Part shown: piece after piece, positions 19,528 to 30,514 of the stretch | Numbering within the stretch: position 1 is the first letter of the stretch | Layout: each line of letters opens with the position of its first letter | NCBI GenBank assembly: GCA_964501115.1 | Contig: CAZCRO010000002.1 | Coordinates: forward strand, 9,813 to 73,812 | Length of the DNA stretch: 64,000 nt | DNA from: an uncultured Oscillospiraceae bacterium | GTDB lineage: Bacteria; Bacillota; Clostridia; Oscillospirales; Oscillospiraceae | Reading direction: 5' to 3' | Position numbers and translations under genes: made by a program | The notes under the pieces: model-generated | The model's database searches: none | What the model was told of the DNA's origin: nothing | Seen by the model: the letters and a program-made list of their open reading frames with translations, nothing else

Positions 19528-21009
19528 ATGATTCTGCGCAAAATGATATTTCCCCTGCTGCTTCTGGCATTGCTTACCGGCTGCGGCAAAACGGATACAC
19601 CCCTTTCCACCCGGGCTACAGTTGCCACACAGGCCGCCACGGAGGATGCCCTTTCTGTTAGCCAACTGACCCAGGTGATCACCTACGAAACCGTTGGACA
19701 GCTGGAAAAATATCCCAACCTCACCTATCTGGATGCCACCGGCAGCACCTGCTACTCTGCCCTGGAAGTATATGCCCGGAACCATCCGGATGTCACCGTG
19801 GTTTACACCGTAGACCTTGGAGGGAGCCAGGTTCCTCACGGCCAGGAAGAAATTGTCCTGACCCCGGAACAGACGGATTACGATGCCCTGCTGACAAACC
19901 TGCAATATCTGAAACCCACCAAAAAGTTGACGCTGCCCAAAACTATCCTTTCCGCCCAGCAGCTGGAAACTTTGGAAAGCAAGTATCCGGATCTGCAAAT
20001 CGACTACACCCTGGCTCTGGCAGGAAATGAATATGCTGGGGATACAGCCGCAGTAGACCTTTCCTCCCTAAGACCGGAAGAAATTGCGGAAGCGGCAGAC
20101 ACCCTGGGCAGACTCCCTATGCTGGAAAGCGTAGAGTTAATGTCCCGGGATGAAAGTCTGCTTTCCATGGACAATGTGAAAACACTGATCGATGCCGCTC
20201 CACAGGCCAAATTTCACTATGGCTTCACCCTGTTTGGCAAAACCATCTACACCGATGACGAGACAGTGGAATTCTCCGGACTGAAACTGACGGAGGAAGA
20301 CGAGCCTGCCCTGCGCCAGGCACTGTCCATTATGACCGGGTGCCAAGCCTTCATCGTGGGGGACTGCGGCCTGGACAATGAACTGCTCTCGGCCATCCGG
20401 GCGGATTACCCCAATACGGAATTGGTATGGAAAATCCGCTTTGGCAAGTACAGCGCCATGACCAATGCCACCACCATCCGTGCCGTCTACAATGTATTTG
20501 ACGACACCTGCGAAAACCTGAAATACTGCTGGCGGGTAAAATATATGGACATTGGCCACAACGATACGCTGACCGACCTGAGCTTCGTAGCCTACATGCC
20601 GGATCTGGAAATTCTGGTTGCCTCCGGATGCGCAGTGAAGGAACTGGTCGGCTTTGAAAACTGCAAAAAGCTGGAATTTCTGGAACTGGCCAATTGTTAC
20701 AAGCTGGAAAATATCGACTGCCTGGCAGGTTGCGAAAATTTGAAGCACCTGAACATCTGCTATTCCAAGGTATCCAGCCTCAAGGCTCTGGATGGATTGC
20801 AGCTGGAACAGTTCATGTGCAAGCAGACCCGGGTAGGTGCCAGTGAGCAGAAGGTGTTTAACGAAATTCACCCCGACTGCATCACCAATTTCTATGGCAA
20901 AGAACCCTATGCCGGTGCGGGCTGGCGTTATGTGGACAACGGAAAAACCTATACAGAAATTTATAAGAAAGTACGGGAAGTCTTCGGTCTGGATGATCTT
21001 CCCTCCTAA
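19528..21009 (+). CDS. Leucine-rich-repeat lipoprotein
   Basis: Lipobox LLTGC; LRRs (LEFLELANCYKLENIDCLAGCENLKHLNIC); GGAGG RBS before ATG 19528. Confidence 0.8.
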   Translation: MILRKMIFPLLLLALLTGCGKTDTPLSTRATVATQAATEDALSVSQLTQVITYETVGQLEKYPNLTYLDATGSTCYSALEVYARNHPDVTVVYTVDLGGSQVPHGQEEIVLTPEQTDYDALLTNLQYLKPTKKLTLPKTILSAQQLETLESKYPDLQIDYTLALAGNEYAGDTAAVDLSSLRPEEIAEAADTLGRLPMLESVELMSRDESLLSMDNVKTLIDAAPQAKFHYGFTLFGKTIYTDDETVEFSGLKLTEEDEPALRQALSIMTGCQAFIVGDCGLDNELLSAIRADYPNTELVWKIRFGKYSAMTNATTIRAVYNVFDDTCENLKYCWRVKYMDIGHNDTLTDLSFVAYMPDLEILVASGCAVKELVGFENCKKLEFLELANCYKLENIDCLAGCENLKHLNICYSKVSSLKALDGLQLEQFMCKQTRVGASEQKVFNEIHPDCITNFYGKEPYAGAGWRYVDNGKTYTEIYKKVREVFGLDDLPS

Positions 21010-21010
21010 T

Positions 21011-21058
21011 AAAAGCATCCCAAGGCAGGGCAATCCGCCCCACCTTGGGATGCTTTTT
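21011..21058. terminator. Bidirectional terminator
   Basis: AAAAGCATCCCAAGG...CCTTGGGATGCTTTT. Confidence 0.8.
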
Positions 21059-21061
21059 GTA

Positions 21062-21655
21062 TTACAAGGGCATCTGCAGAATATCCGCATGAAAATCCAC
21101 AATCCCCAGCAGTCCTGTAGCCGCCATGCTGCGGGAGACCATAATCAGGGTTTCCAGAGGAATCTTTCTCCCCGTATCGTGCCAATAGGTCAGCAGCCCG
21201 GTCAATCCGGAAATCAGGTAGGCTATCACGTACTCCGGATTGCTGCAGATTCCCACTTTTGAGAGAATCTGCCTGTAAACCTTCGCCGCCTCTGCCTGCA
21301 CCAGAGACAAAAAGTTCGGGTCACCATTTTTCCCCAGCAACAGAAATACCTTTTCATCATACTGCGCAAAAAAAGCCAGCACCTCCACAGAAACACTGTG
21401 AATCTCCGGAAGACCGTTCCTGGCCAGCGCTGCTGCCATCTGGGTCTGAAAATCCCGGATGATATCCGCTTCCGCCTGATGCAGCAAATCCTATACGTCC
21501 GAAAAATACACATAGAAGGTGCCGCGATTCACTCCCGCCCTTTTGGCAATGGCGCTGACGGTCACCTTGTCCAGCGACTGCTCCGCAGCCAGGTTCCAAA
21601 ACGCATCAATCATGCCCTGCCTGGTACGGGCAGTCTGTTCCGGCTGCTTGTTCAT
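21062..21655 (-). pseudogene. TetR/AcrR regulator with in-frame TAG at codon 55
   Basis: MNKQPEQTARTRQGMIDAFW...VTVSAIAKRAGVNRGTFYVYFSDV*DLLHQ. TAG is at 21491-21493 and the same frame continues to 21062. Confidence 0.85.
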
Positions 21656-21703
21656 CCCCGTGCTTCCTCCTCAATTGCCCAACAAAGGGAATACTTTTGA
21701 TGG

Positions 21704-21760
21704 TTGATAGATTATTTTAGACTGACTATAATTATACAACACGTTGTTGGACGATGTCAA
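21704..21760. promoter_or_regulatory. Overlapping opposed sigma70 promoters with candidate TetR operator
   Basis: Plus: TTGATA(21704)-17-TATAAT(21727). Minus: TTGACA(21760)-18-TATAAT(21736). Palindrome CAACA-cgt-TGTTG at 21737-21749. Confidence 0.65.
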
Positions 21761-21793
21761 GCATAAGCAGTAGCAGCAATTGGGAGTGATAAA

Positions 21794-22731
21794 ATGTCTG
21801 TTATTGAAGTAAACCATTTGACAAAAGATTATGGCTTTGGCCGTGGTGTATTCGATGTTTCCTTTTCTCTGGAACAAGGAGAGGTATTCGGTTTTCTTGG
21901 CCCTAACGGTGCCGGAAAAACAACCACCATCCGGCATATTATGGGTTTTTCCCGTCCCCAGCAAGGCTCCATCACTGTTCTGGGAGTAGACAGCTGGCTC
22001 CATGCCGCCCAGATCAAACGTACCCTTGGTTATCTGCCGGGGGAACTGGCCTTCCCTGCCAATATGACCGGAACAGAATTCATCCGCTATATGGCGCAGC
22101 TGCGGGGAATTTCCAATCCAAGGCGCACACAAGAGCTGCTGGAAATGTTCGAGCTGGATCCCACGGGAGACCTGAAACGGATGAGCCTGGGTATGAAGAG
22201 AAAGCTGGCCGTTGTCACCGCCTTTATGCATGACCCGGATGTTCTTGTACTGGACGAACCCACCAGCGGCCTGGATCCGCTGATGCAGGAACGCTTTATC
22301 GGCTTCATTCTGGAAGAGAAAAAAAGGGCAAAAGCATCCTGCTTTCCAGTCACATTTTCAGTGAGGTAGATGCCACCTGCGACCGGATTGCCATCATCAA
22401 AGACGGGCATCTGGTCTCCACCATTCAGGCCGATCTTCTGCGGCACAATGAAGAAAAGGTTTTTAAAGTGGAATTTGCAGACAAAGATGCCTATCAGCGC
22501 TTTGTATCTTCCACCAAGCTGACCATAGACACCCTGCGTCCGGAACAGAATCAGGTAAAAATCCGCATTATGGACGCAGATATTCAGTGTTTTTTCCAGG
22601 AATTGCGGCAGTATCCCCTGAATTTTCTGTCCGAGATCAAGTTCACTCTGGAGGACTATTTTATGGATTTTTACGACCGGAAGAAATCCGTGGCGGAAGG
22701 AAAGGCGGGTATGACCTATGGCATACATTGA
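21794..22731 (+). pseudogene. ABC-2-type ATP-binding protein, frameshifted at an A7 run
   Basis: GPNGAGKTT, MSLGMKRK, LDEPTSGLDP. The conserved GKSILLSSHIFSEVDATCDR continues in the -1 frame after GAG-A7-GGGC (A7 at 22319-22325). Confidence 0.85.
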
Positions 22732-23635
22732 AACCCACAGCCTGACCAAGGACTACGGCCACGGCCGGGGCATATTTGACGTGAATCTAAGTGTGGAACG
22801 GGGAGAGGTATTTGGCTTTGCCGGTATAAACGGCGCTGGAAAAACCACAACCATCCGGCATCTGATGGGCTTTTTGAAGCCACAGGCAGGTTCCGCCTCC
22901 ATTGCCGGGCTGGACTGCTGGAAGGATTCCGCCCGGATCAAGCACCTGGTTGGCTATGTCCCCGGTGAAATTGCTTTCCCAAATGACGGCACAGGCAGCC
23001 AATTTTTACAGCGGCAAATGGCTTTGCAAGGCAAAGTGGATATGTCATATTGCCAGGACCTGTGCGAACGCTTTCAGCTGGACAGTACAGCGCCCCTGAA
23101 AAGCATGAGCAAGGGCATGAAGCAAAAGACTGCTATCATCGCCGCCTTTGTCTGCCGTCCGGATATTCTAATTCTGGATGAGCCCGCCACAGGACTGGAT
23201 CCACTGATGCGGGATACTTTCCTGGCGCTTGTGCAGGAACAGCAGGCACGGGGATGCACCATATTCATGTCCAGCCACACCTTTGAAGAAATGGAGCGCA
23301 CCTGCGACCATGTCGCGCTGATCCGTGAGGGGCGCATTGCCACCATTGCCAATGTGGAAAGCATCCGCCACAGCAAAGAAAAGACCTTCAAGGTAGAATG
23401 CAGAGATAATTCCAGCTTTGACAAGTTGCTCAGCCGCCCATACAACTTTATCCATGTACAGCCGGAAGATCTGCAACTGACCATTTGCCTGCCGGACAGC
23501 CAGATTGGTACACTTATGGAAGATTTGTCCCAGTGCAGCATTCTGTTCTTTAAGGAAATCAAACACAGTTTGGAAGAATATTTTCACAGCATCTTCAAGG
23601 AGGTAGCCAAGCATGTTTCACAAGTCCGTTTTTAA
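22718..23635 (+). CDS. ABC-2-type ATP-binding protein (paralog of the preceding gene)
   Basis: GINGAGKTTTIRH, MSKGMKQK, LDEPATGLDP, SSHTFEE. Confidence 0.92.
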   Translation: MAYIETHSLTKDYGHGRGIFDVNLSVERGEVFGFAGINGAGKTTTIRHLMGFLKPQAGSASIAGLDCWKDSARIKHLVGYVPGEIAFPNDGTGSQFLQRQMALQGKVDMSYCQDLCERFQLDSTAPLKSMSKGMKQKTAIIAAFVCRPDILILDEPATGLDPLMRDTFLALVQEQQARGCTIFMSSHTFEEMERTCDHVALIREGRIATIANVESIRHSKEKTFKVECRDNSSFDKLLSRPYNFIHVQPEDLQLTICLPDSQIGTLMEDLSQCSILFFKEIKHSLEEYFHSIFKEVAKHVSQVRF

Positions 23636-25034
23636 ACAATGCGTCCGCAGCAACGGTATGCTGTGGATCGTATTCACCCTCATCGCCTGTCTGATGCAGT
23701 TCTTCATCATGGCCAGCTACGACGCTGCAGCTTTCAGCAGCATTTCCAGCGCTGCCTCCGGCACGATTCTGGAAAGCTTCACATCCAATCTCAACAGTTT
23801 TCTGGGTACCCTGGAATACTTTTATACCATGGTTGCCATTCTGCTACCTATGGTCTATACCATTCTCTCTTCCACCAACCTGATTGTCGGAGAGGTAGAC
23901 AGCGGCTCCGTGGCGCTGATGTTTGTGATTATTGCGCTTTCCGGTCTGGGCAGTGCAGAGCTTACGCAGCACTGCGTAACCGACTCCCATATTTCAGATG
24001 ACGTACAGGCCGCCGCAGAGGCAATGGATCGCACTGCCCGCTATGTAAAAGAGCATCTGTACATCATCGAAGAGGATCCCTATGCCAAAAAAAGCGGCGC
24101 ACAGACCCGGAACATGGATGAAGAAGCCTATGGCATGTATCTGGAACAGGCCATGCTCCGGGACAGCTACAAAGCAGCCGCAAAACAGCTGACTAAGGAC
24201 CGGAAAGAATTCTACAAGGACTACGACGGGGACGACAAAGACGAAATTGACAAAGACTTCATTGAAATCACCCAGCAGGAACTGGCTAACGATCCGTCTC
24301 TGATGCTCTCCAACCGGGAAGCGCTGGCCGCAGGCGCAGAAAAAATGGGCTTGACTGTTCCTGCCTATAAGGACTATATTCTGGAACTTTTGGACACACC
24401 GGAAGACGCGGAAAAAGCGGAAAATACGGAAAAACAAACCGGAGATGAGGAAGTACCGGAAGAAGCCGCCGCCGTGACAGACGAAGGCGAATTGTTCCAG
24501 CTGGCACTGAGTGCGGCGGCCACGGAGCTGGATATGGAAGCCAGTGAACTGGCGGACAACCTGATTTGGATGAAGGAGGATGCCGCCATGACCGCCCAGA
24601 TGGCTGCCACCGGTGCCAGCCGGGCGGTGATCAACCAGATGATCAACGAAGCCATGGTCTCTCAGGCACTGAGCAGCGACGAAAGCATCGATTTTGATAT
24701 GGAAGTATATCTGTGGCTGAATTTTGGATGCTTTCTGCTGATTTTGGCTTTCTCTGCCATTGGTTTCTTTGCCAGCTGCACTTTCAACCGCACCGGCAAA
24801 GCGATGGTTCTGGGCGGTGGCCTGCCGTTTTTGTTCTTCCTGTTTAACCTTATGCAGAAAATGGGAGACAATCTGGAAAATTTCAAGTATTTCACCATCA
24901 CCACTTTTTACGATACCGGTGCCATTCTGGCACTGGAAGACTTTGCCCCGGGTCTGCTGATCCTGACCGGCATCAGCATTGTGCTCTACAGCGCCGGATG
25001 CATAATCTTCTGCAAAAAGGATCTCCCCCTGTAA
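23613..25034 (+). CDS. ABC-2-type permease with large acidic soluble insert
   Basis: N- and C-terminal TM blocks (GEVDSGS; FFASCTFN; KYFTITTFYD; FCKKDLPL). Confidence 0.75.
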   Translation: MFHKSVFKQCVRSNGMLWIVFTLIACLMQFFIMASYDAAAFSSISSAASGTILESFTSNLNSFLGTLEYFYTMVAILLPMVYTILSSTNLIVGEVDSGSVALMFVIIALSGLGSAELTQHCVTDSHISDDVQAAAEAMDRTARYVKEHLYIIEEDPYAKKSGAQTRNMDEEAYGMYLEQAMLRDSYKAAAKQLTKDRKEFYKDYDGDDKDEIDKDFIEITQQELANDPSLMLSNREALAAGAEKMGLTVPAYKDYILELLDTPEDAEKAENTEKQTGDEEVPEEAAAVTDEGELFQLALSAAATELDMEASELADNLIWMKEDAAMTAQMAATGASRAVINQMINEAMVSQALSSDESIDFDMEVYLWLNFGCFLLILAFSAIGFFASCTFNRTGKAMVLGGGLPFLFFLFNLMQKMGDNLENFKYFTITTFYDTGAILALEDFAPGLLILTGISIVLYSAGCIIFCKKDLPL

Positions 25035-25040
25035 AAGCGA

Positions 25041-25080
25041 AAAATCAGGCGTCTTTCGTAAACAGAAGACGCCTGATTTT
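25041..25080 (+). terminator. Intrinsic terminator
   Basis: AAAATCAGGCGTCTT...AAGACGCCTGATTTT. Confidence 0.8.
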
Positions 25081-25294
25081 TGCAAGCAATGCCGTATTAT
25101 ATTCGGTTCAGGTAATTTTTCATTCAAGCCAATGCCTTCCCGTATGGATTTCATCTGAAAGCTTCTATCGGCTTTTGCTGTTCTGATTGCACACTCTATC
25201 CCGCAGGCTGCGCCCATAATGTCTGATTTCTCTTCTGAAAAAGCAAAATAAAAACGCTGCCGGTTTACGGCAGCGTAATTATATGCCAAGGGAA

Positions 25295-25483
25295 TCAGAT
25301 GGCCCGTTCAACCTTATTGGAACGGAGGCATCTGGTACAAGCGTACACATGGCAGGGAGTTCCATTGACAACGGCCTTGACCCGCTTCACATTGGGCTTC
25401 CAGGCACGGTTGGAACGTCTGTGGGAATGGGAAACCTTAATACCAAAGGTTACGCCCTTGCCACAATAATCACACTTCGCCAT
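25295..25483 (-). CDS. rpmB: 50S ribosomal protein L28 (Cys-containing form)
   Basis: MAKCDYCGKGVTFGIKVSHSHRRSNRAWKPNVKRV...CTRCLRS; terminator hairpin at 25251-25276. Confidence 0.96.
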   Translation of the reverse strand: MAKCDYCGKGVTFGIKVSHSHRRSNRAWKPNVKRVKAVVNGTPCHVYACTRCLRSNKVERAI

Positions 25484-25701
25484 TCATTGCACCTCCCATC
25501 CGGATACTTACTTTACATTCTGCGCTAATCCAAGCGCCTAGATATAATACCAGATAATCACAAAAAATGCAAGCACTTTTTTTATTATTTTTCAGTTTTT
25601 TTCTTATTCATTTCCTTGTTGATATTCTGCCTCTTTCTGCTATAATAGAGGTGTATCTTGCGATTATTTTTTCCATTTACAGGAAAGGAGTGGGGCTGGC
25701 T

Positions 25702-26646
25702 ATGGGCGAATATACCGTTACCCTACCCGCAATTGAAAAAGAATTCCACATGGAGGTTGTGTACGCCTCCACAGATTATAGATCCATCCGCATAACCGTA
25801 GAGGATGTAGCCCGTCCCGGTCTGAGCCTGGCCGGATACTTTGATCACTTCGAGCCAAGGCGGCTCCAAATCCTGGGCAACATGGAGTGTAGCTATCTGA
25901 ACCGGAAGCCTCCCCAGGAGCGGCGGGTCATCTTCGACCGGCTTTTTGATTATAAGATCCCCGCCCTGCTGATTTGCCGGAATCTTCCCGTAGAAGCCGA
26001 ATGCCTGGAAATGGCCAAAAAGCACAACATCTCCATTCTGCGCACAGAAGAGGCCACCAGTATTTTCTGCTCCAACCTGATTTCCTATCTGCGGGCAGAA
26101 TTGGCTCCTGTCATCACCCGCCACGGCGTTCTGATGGAGGTATACGGTGAAGGTCTGCTGCTCACCGGCGAAAGCGGCATCGGCAAAAGCGAAGCTGCAC
26201 TGGAGCTGCTGAAGCGTGGCCACCGGCTGATTGCGGATGACGCTGTGGAAATCCGCAAAGTAACCAACAACTCTCTGGTTGGCTCCTCCCCGGAGCTTAT
26301 CCGCAACTATATTGAGCTGCGGGGCATCGGTATTGTGAATGTAGCAAAACTGTTTGGTATGGGTGCCGTTCGCTCCCGGAAAACCATCGACCTGGTGGTA
26401 AACATCGTTCCCTGGAACAATCAGGATGCCTACGACCGACTGGGACTGGAGGAAAAGTACATGGAGATCCTGGGGGTTAAGGTGCCCATGAACACCATTC
26501 CCATCACTCCCGGACGGAACCTGGCCGTTATTCTGGAAGTGGCCGCAATCAACGTACGCCAGCGGAAGCTGGGATACAATGCCGCCCAGGAATTCACAGA
26601 CCAAATTAACCGGCACTTTGCGGATCTGGAAGGAAACAACGGATGA
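25702..26646 (+). CDS. hprK: HPr kinase/phosphorylase
   Basis: RPGLSLAGYF, HGVLMEVYGEGLLLTGESGIGKSE, LIADD, ELRGIGI, PGRNLA. Confidence 0.95.
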   Translation: MGEYTVTLPAIEKEFHMEVVYASTDYRSIRITVEDVARPGLSLAGYFDHFEPRRLQILGNMECSYLNRKPPQERRVIFDRLFDYKIPALLICRNLPVEAECLEMAKKHNISILRTEEATSIFCSNLISYLRAELAPVITRHGVLMEVYGEGLLLTGESGIGKSEAALELLKRGHRLIADDAVEIRKVTNNSLVGSSPELIRNYIELRGIGIVNVAKLFGMGAVRSRKTIDLVVNIVPWNNQDAYDRLGLEEKYMEILGVKVPMNTIPITPGRNLAVILEVAAINVRQRKLGYNAAQEFTDQINRHFADLEGNNG

Positions 26647-27608
26647 AAGAATTGACCATCGGCGCCAACGACGCCGGCCAGCGGCTGGATCGGTTTCTGG
26701 CCAAGGCAGTACCCCTGATGCCTGCCTCCCTGGCGCAAAAATACATTCGCCTGAAACGCATCAAGCGCAACGGCGGCCGTGCCCAGCGGGATACCCGTCT
26801 GGAGCAAGGAGACGTACTGCAACTATACATCAACGACGAATTTTTCGATACCCCTCGGGAAGACAACGCATACCTGACCGTCTCCACCCCGGCTCTGAAC
26901 ATCGTCTACGAAGATGCTCATATTCTTCTGGTGGACAAGCAGCCGGGTATGGCCGTCCACCCCCACGACGGGGCAGAATACGGCCGGACTCTGATCGACC
27001 AGATTCAGGCCTATCTCTACCAGAAGCGGGAGTGGCGTCCCCGGGAAGAGCACTCCTTTACCCCTGCCCTGTGCAACCGCATCGACCGGAATACCGGTGG
27101 AATCGTCATTGCCGCCAAAACCGCCGAGGCACTTCGGGTTATGAATCAGAAAATCAAGGATCGGGAGATGGACAAGCGCTATCTTGCCATTGTAGAGGGC
27201 AGCCCAAAGCCCCGGCAGGGGCAGCTGAAGGGGTATCTATTCAAAGACTCGGTAAAAAACCGGGTTTTCGTCTCCGATACGCCCCAGCCCGGTGCCAAAA
27301 CCTGCCAAACCAACTACCGGACTCTTGCCAGCCGGGATGGCCTTTCTCTGGTGGAATGCCAGCTGATCACCGGCCGTACCCATCAAATCCGCGCCCAGTT
27401 CGCCCACGCCGGGCATCCCCTGCTGGGAGACGGAAAATACGGCAAGCTGGACAAGCGCTGTAACCGTAGCTACCAGGCACTGTATTCCTACAAACTGTGC
27501 TTCCAGTTTACCACAGACGCAGGAGAACTTGCCTATCTGAACGGGAAAAGCTTTCAGGTAGAACGGGTGGACTTTGCTGAGGAATACTTTCCCGGTACTC
27601 AAATTTAA
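26643..27608 (+). CDS. RluA-family pseudouridine synthase with S4 domain
   Basis: QRLDRFL, DKQPGM, NRIDRNTGG, TGRTHQIR, GHPLLGDGKY. Confidence 0.92.
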   Translation: MKELTIGANDAGQRLDRFLAKAVPLMPASLAQKYIRLKRIKRNGGRAQRDTRLEQGDVLQLYINDEFFDTPREDNAYLTVSTPALNIVYEDAHILLVDKQPGMAVHPHDGAEYGRTLIDQIQAYLYQKREWRPREEHSFTPALCNRIDRNTGGIVIAAKTAEALRVMNQKIKDREMDKRYLAIVEGSPKPRQGQLKGYLFKDSVKNRVFVSDTPQPGAKTCQTNYRTLASRDGLSLVECQLITGRTHQIRAQFAHAGHPLLGDGKYGKLDKRCNRSYQALYSYKLCFQFTTDAGELAYLNGKSFQVERVDFAEEYFPGTQI

Positions 27609-27617
27609 CTTCATGTC

Positions 27618-27666
27618 AAAACGTCGCACACCCTCCGGAATTCCGGACAGGATGTGCGACGTTTTT
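27618..27666. terminator. Bidirectional terminator
   Basis: AAAACGTCGCACA...TGTGCGACGTTTT. Confidence 0.75.
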
Positions 27667-27677
27667 CTGTTTTCTTG

Positions 27678-30179
27678 TTACTCTATGGAAACAACCGTAT
27701 AATCTTCGTCTTCCACAGCCTTTTTCAGCACATTGTCACCAATGTCCCCTTCCAGGTAGACGATTGCCGTACCCTGCTGGTGGCTCACTTCCGCACTGCC
27801 GACCTCATTGAGCTTTTCCAGGGCTTTTTTCACCGCTGCCTCACAGTGATGGCACATCATGCCTTCGATGTGCATGGTGCGCACCTTCGGTACAGGCACC
27901 TGGGTGGTTTTGCCACGGCGCTTGTGGTCATGGCTGTCATCATGGAGCTTGCACAGATTCAGCCTAAGGGCATTGGATACCACGCAGAAGCTGGAAAGAC
28001 TCATTGCGGCAGCACCGAACATCGGATTCAATGTCAAGCCAAAGCCCACAAAGCAACCAGCGGCCAGGGGAATACCCACGGAATTATAGAAGAATGCCCA
28101 GAAGAGATTTTCATGGATGTTCTTCAGCGTAGCCCGGCTCAGCCGGATCGCCGCCGGCACATCCAGAAGGCTGCTCTTCATCAGCACCACATCCGCGGCA
28201 TCAATGGCCACATCCGCACCGGCACCAATGGCAATGCCCGTATCCGCCCGGGTAAGGGCCGGGGCATCGTTGATACCATCACCCACCATTGCCACGCTGC
28301 CTTGACGCTTGAGGCGACGGATCTCCGCCTCCTTCCCATCCGGGAGCACACCGGCAATCACCTCATCCACACCGGCCTGCTTACCAATGGCATTGGCCGT
28401 ACGGGGGTTGTCTCCCGTAAGCATGACCACACGGATTCCCATATTTTGCAGCTGGGCAATGGCCTGGGGGCTGTCGGGCTTTATGGTGTCCGCCACGGCA
28501 ATCATGCCCAGGAACTGCCCATCCAGCGCAAACAGCAGAGGTGTTTTTCCCTGCTCTGCCAAAGCATCCGCCTGGCTCTCATAGGCCTGGCCAAGCTGTA
28601 CATGTTCAGAAATAAACCGCAGGCTGCCGCCAAGCAGCTGCCGCCCCCTCCACAGCGCCTGCAGACCATTTCCAGGCAGAGCGGAAAAATTTTCCACAGG
28701 CTCTGGGGATACCGTTCTCTCCTCTGCCAGGTGCAGCACCGCTCTGGCCAGGGGATGCTCACTTTTGGCTTCCAAAGACACGGCAAGAGACAGGAGCGTT
28801 TCCTCCTCCACATTGGCAGCAGGCAGTATATCCGTCACCTGAGGCTGCCCCTGGGTAATGGTTCCGGTTTTGTCCAGCACCACGATCTGGGTTTTTCCCG
28901 TCTGCTCCAGGCTGGCTGCCGTCTTAAAGAGGATGCCGTTTCTGGCACCTACACCATTGCCTACCATAATGGCCACAGGAGTTGCCAACCCCAGCGCGCA
29001 GGGGCAGCTGATGACCAGCACAGAGATTCCCCGTGCCAGAGCGTAGCCCACATCTTTCCCCAAAAGCAGCCACACAACAAAGGTGAGCGCCGCCAGAGAA
29101 ATTACCGCAGGCACAAACACGCCGGATACTTTATCCGCAATTTTTGCAATAGGGGCTTTTGTTGCCGCTGCGTCAGAAACCATTTTGATGATTTGAGACA
29201 GCGTCGTATCCTCTCCTACCCGGGTGGCCCGACAGCGCAGGAAGCCCGCCTGGTTCACCGTAGCCGCAGAGACCCCATCCCCCGGTGCTTTGTCCACAGG
29301 AATACTCTCACCAGTCAACGCGGATTCATTCACCGCACCACTGCCCTCCAGCACAATGCCATCCACAGGGATATTCTCTCCGGGACGCACAACAAATTCA
29401 TCCCCCTGATTTACCTGCTCAACAGGTACCGTCACCTCCCGGCCATCTTTTACCAGGGTCGCCGTTTTGGGAGAAAGCTTCATCAGAGATTTCAGCGCAT
29501 CCGTCGTTTTTCCCTTGGAGCGTGCCTCCAGCATTTTTCCTACCGTGATCAGCGTAAGGATCATGGCTGCGGATTCAAAATAGAATTCGTGAAGATAGGT
29601 ATGCACTCCGGCAAAATCTCCCCGCAGCTGTGCGCCGGTCATAGCAAGCAGCGCATATACGCTCCACACAAAGGAAGCCATAGACCCCAATGCCACCAGG
29701 CTGTCCATATTGGGATAACGCTTCCACAACGCACCAAATCCCTGGATGAAGAACTTCTGGTTGATAACCATGACAATTCCGGCCAGCAGCATTTCCACAA
29801 TGCCCAGCGCCACATAATTCCCATCGAAAAACCCGGGCAAGGGCCAGCCCCACATGGTATGCCCCATAGAGACATACATCAGAACAAGCAAAAAAACAAG
29901 GGAGGCGATCAGCCTGCGTTTCAGCTTGGGGGTCTGCCGGTCTGTCAAGGCATCCTCCTGCGCCTCCCGGGGAAGCTTTTCTCCCTTCACGCTGGCACCA
30001 TAGCCAGCCTGTTCCACAGCGCGTACAATCTCTGCAGCCTGGGCGCTTCCCTCCACGCCCATGGAATTGGTAAGCAAGCTGACCGAGCAGCTTGTAACTC
30101 CCGGCACGGCATTCACAGCCTTCTCCACCCGGGCAGAGCAGGCTGCACAGCTCATACCCGTCACATTAAACTGTTGCAT
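27678..30179 (-). CDS. copA: Copper-exporting P1B-type ATPase
   Basis: [40 protein letters not shown]...MSLSS; C-terminal GMMCHHC metal-binding domain. Confidence 0.92.
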   Translation of the reverse strand: MQQFNVTGMSCAACSARVEKAVNAVPGVTSCSVSLLTNSMGVEGSAQAAEIVRAVEQAGYGASVKGEKLPREAQEDALTDRQTPKLKRRLIASLVFLLVLMYVSMGHTMWGWPLPGFFDGNYVALGIVEMLLAGIVMVINQKFFIQGFGALWKRYPNMDSLVALGSMASFVWSVYALLAMTGAQLRGDFAGVHTYLHEFYFESAAMILTLITVGKMLEARSKGKTTDALKSLMKLSPKTATLVKDGREVTVPVEQVNQGDEFVVRPGENIPVDGIVLEGSGAVNESALTGESIPVDKAPGDGVSAATVNQAGFLRCRATRVGEDTTLSQIIKMVSDAAATKAPIAKIADKVSGVFVPAVISLAALTFVVWLLLGKDVGYALARGISVLVISCPCALGLATPVAIMVGNGVGARNGILFKTAASLEQTGKTQIVVLDKTGTITQGQPQVTDILPAANVEEETLLSLAVSLEAKSEHPLARAVLHLAEERTVSPEPVENFSALPGNGLQALWRGRQLLGGSLRFISEHVQLGQAYESQADALAEQGKTPLLFALDGQFLGMIAVADTIKPDSPQAIAQLQNMGIRVVMLTGDNPRTANAIGKQAGVDEVIAGVLPDGKEAEIRRLKRQGSVAMVGDGINDAPALTRADTGIAIGAGADVAIDAADVVLMKSSLLDVPAAIRLSRATLKNIHENLFWAFFYNSVGIPLAAGCFVGFGLTLNPMFGAAAMSLSSFCVVSNALRLNLCKLHDDSHDHKRRGKTTQVPVPKVRTMHIEGMMCHHCEAAVKKALEKLNEVGSAEVSHQQGTAIVYLEGDIGDNVLKKAVEDEDYTVVSIE

Positions 30180-30190
30180 ATTTTTTCTCC

Positions 30191-30499
30191 TTATTTCATC
30201 AGCTTTTGCAATATTGTTACCAGCTCTTCTATCACTTCATCGTTGCCCTGACGAATATCCCGGGCAACGCAACTCTCTATATGGTGCGCCAGTATTTCCT
30301 TATTAAACGCATTCATGGCAGCATTCACCGCCGCGGACTGGGTAAGAATATCGTAACAATAGGCATCCTTTTCCAGCATGGCCTGCAAACCACGTACCTG
30401 TCCCTCGATCCGTTTCAGACGGTTCAGCAGTTTTTTCTTATCCTCCGGTGTGCGCAGCGTGGTTTTCTCCCCGGCGCAGCAGCAGCTTTTGGGCTCCAT
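30191..30499 (-). CDS. csoR: CsoR-family metal-sensing repressor
   Basis: [28 protein letters not shown]; GGAGG RBS before MEPKSCCC. Confidence 0.9.
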   Translation of the reverse strand: MEPKSCCCAGEKTTLRTPEDKKKLLNRLKRIEGQVRGLQAMLEKDAYCYDILTQSAAVNAAMNAFNKEILAHHIESCVARDIRQGNDEVIEELVTILQKLMK

Positions 30500-30514
30500 A
30501 CCATCCCTCCTTTT

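Noticed and set aside
25081-25290. Intergenic segment between two terminators
   Set aside because: No convincing ORF, tRNA fold or repeat seen
27654-30251. 865-aa plus-strand ORF
   Set aside because: Shadow of copA
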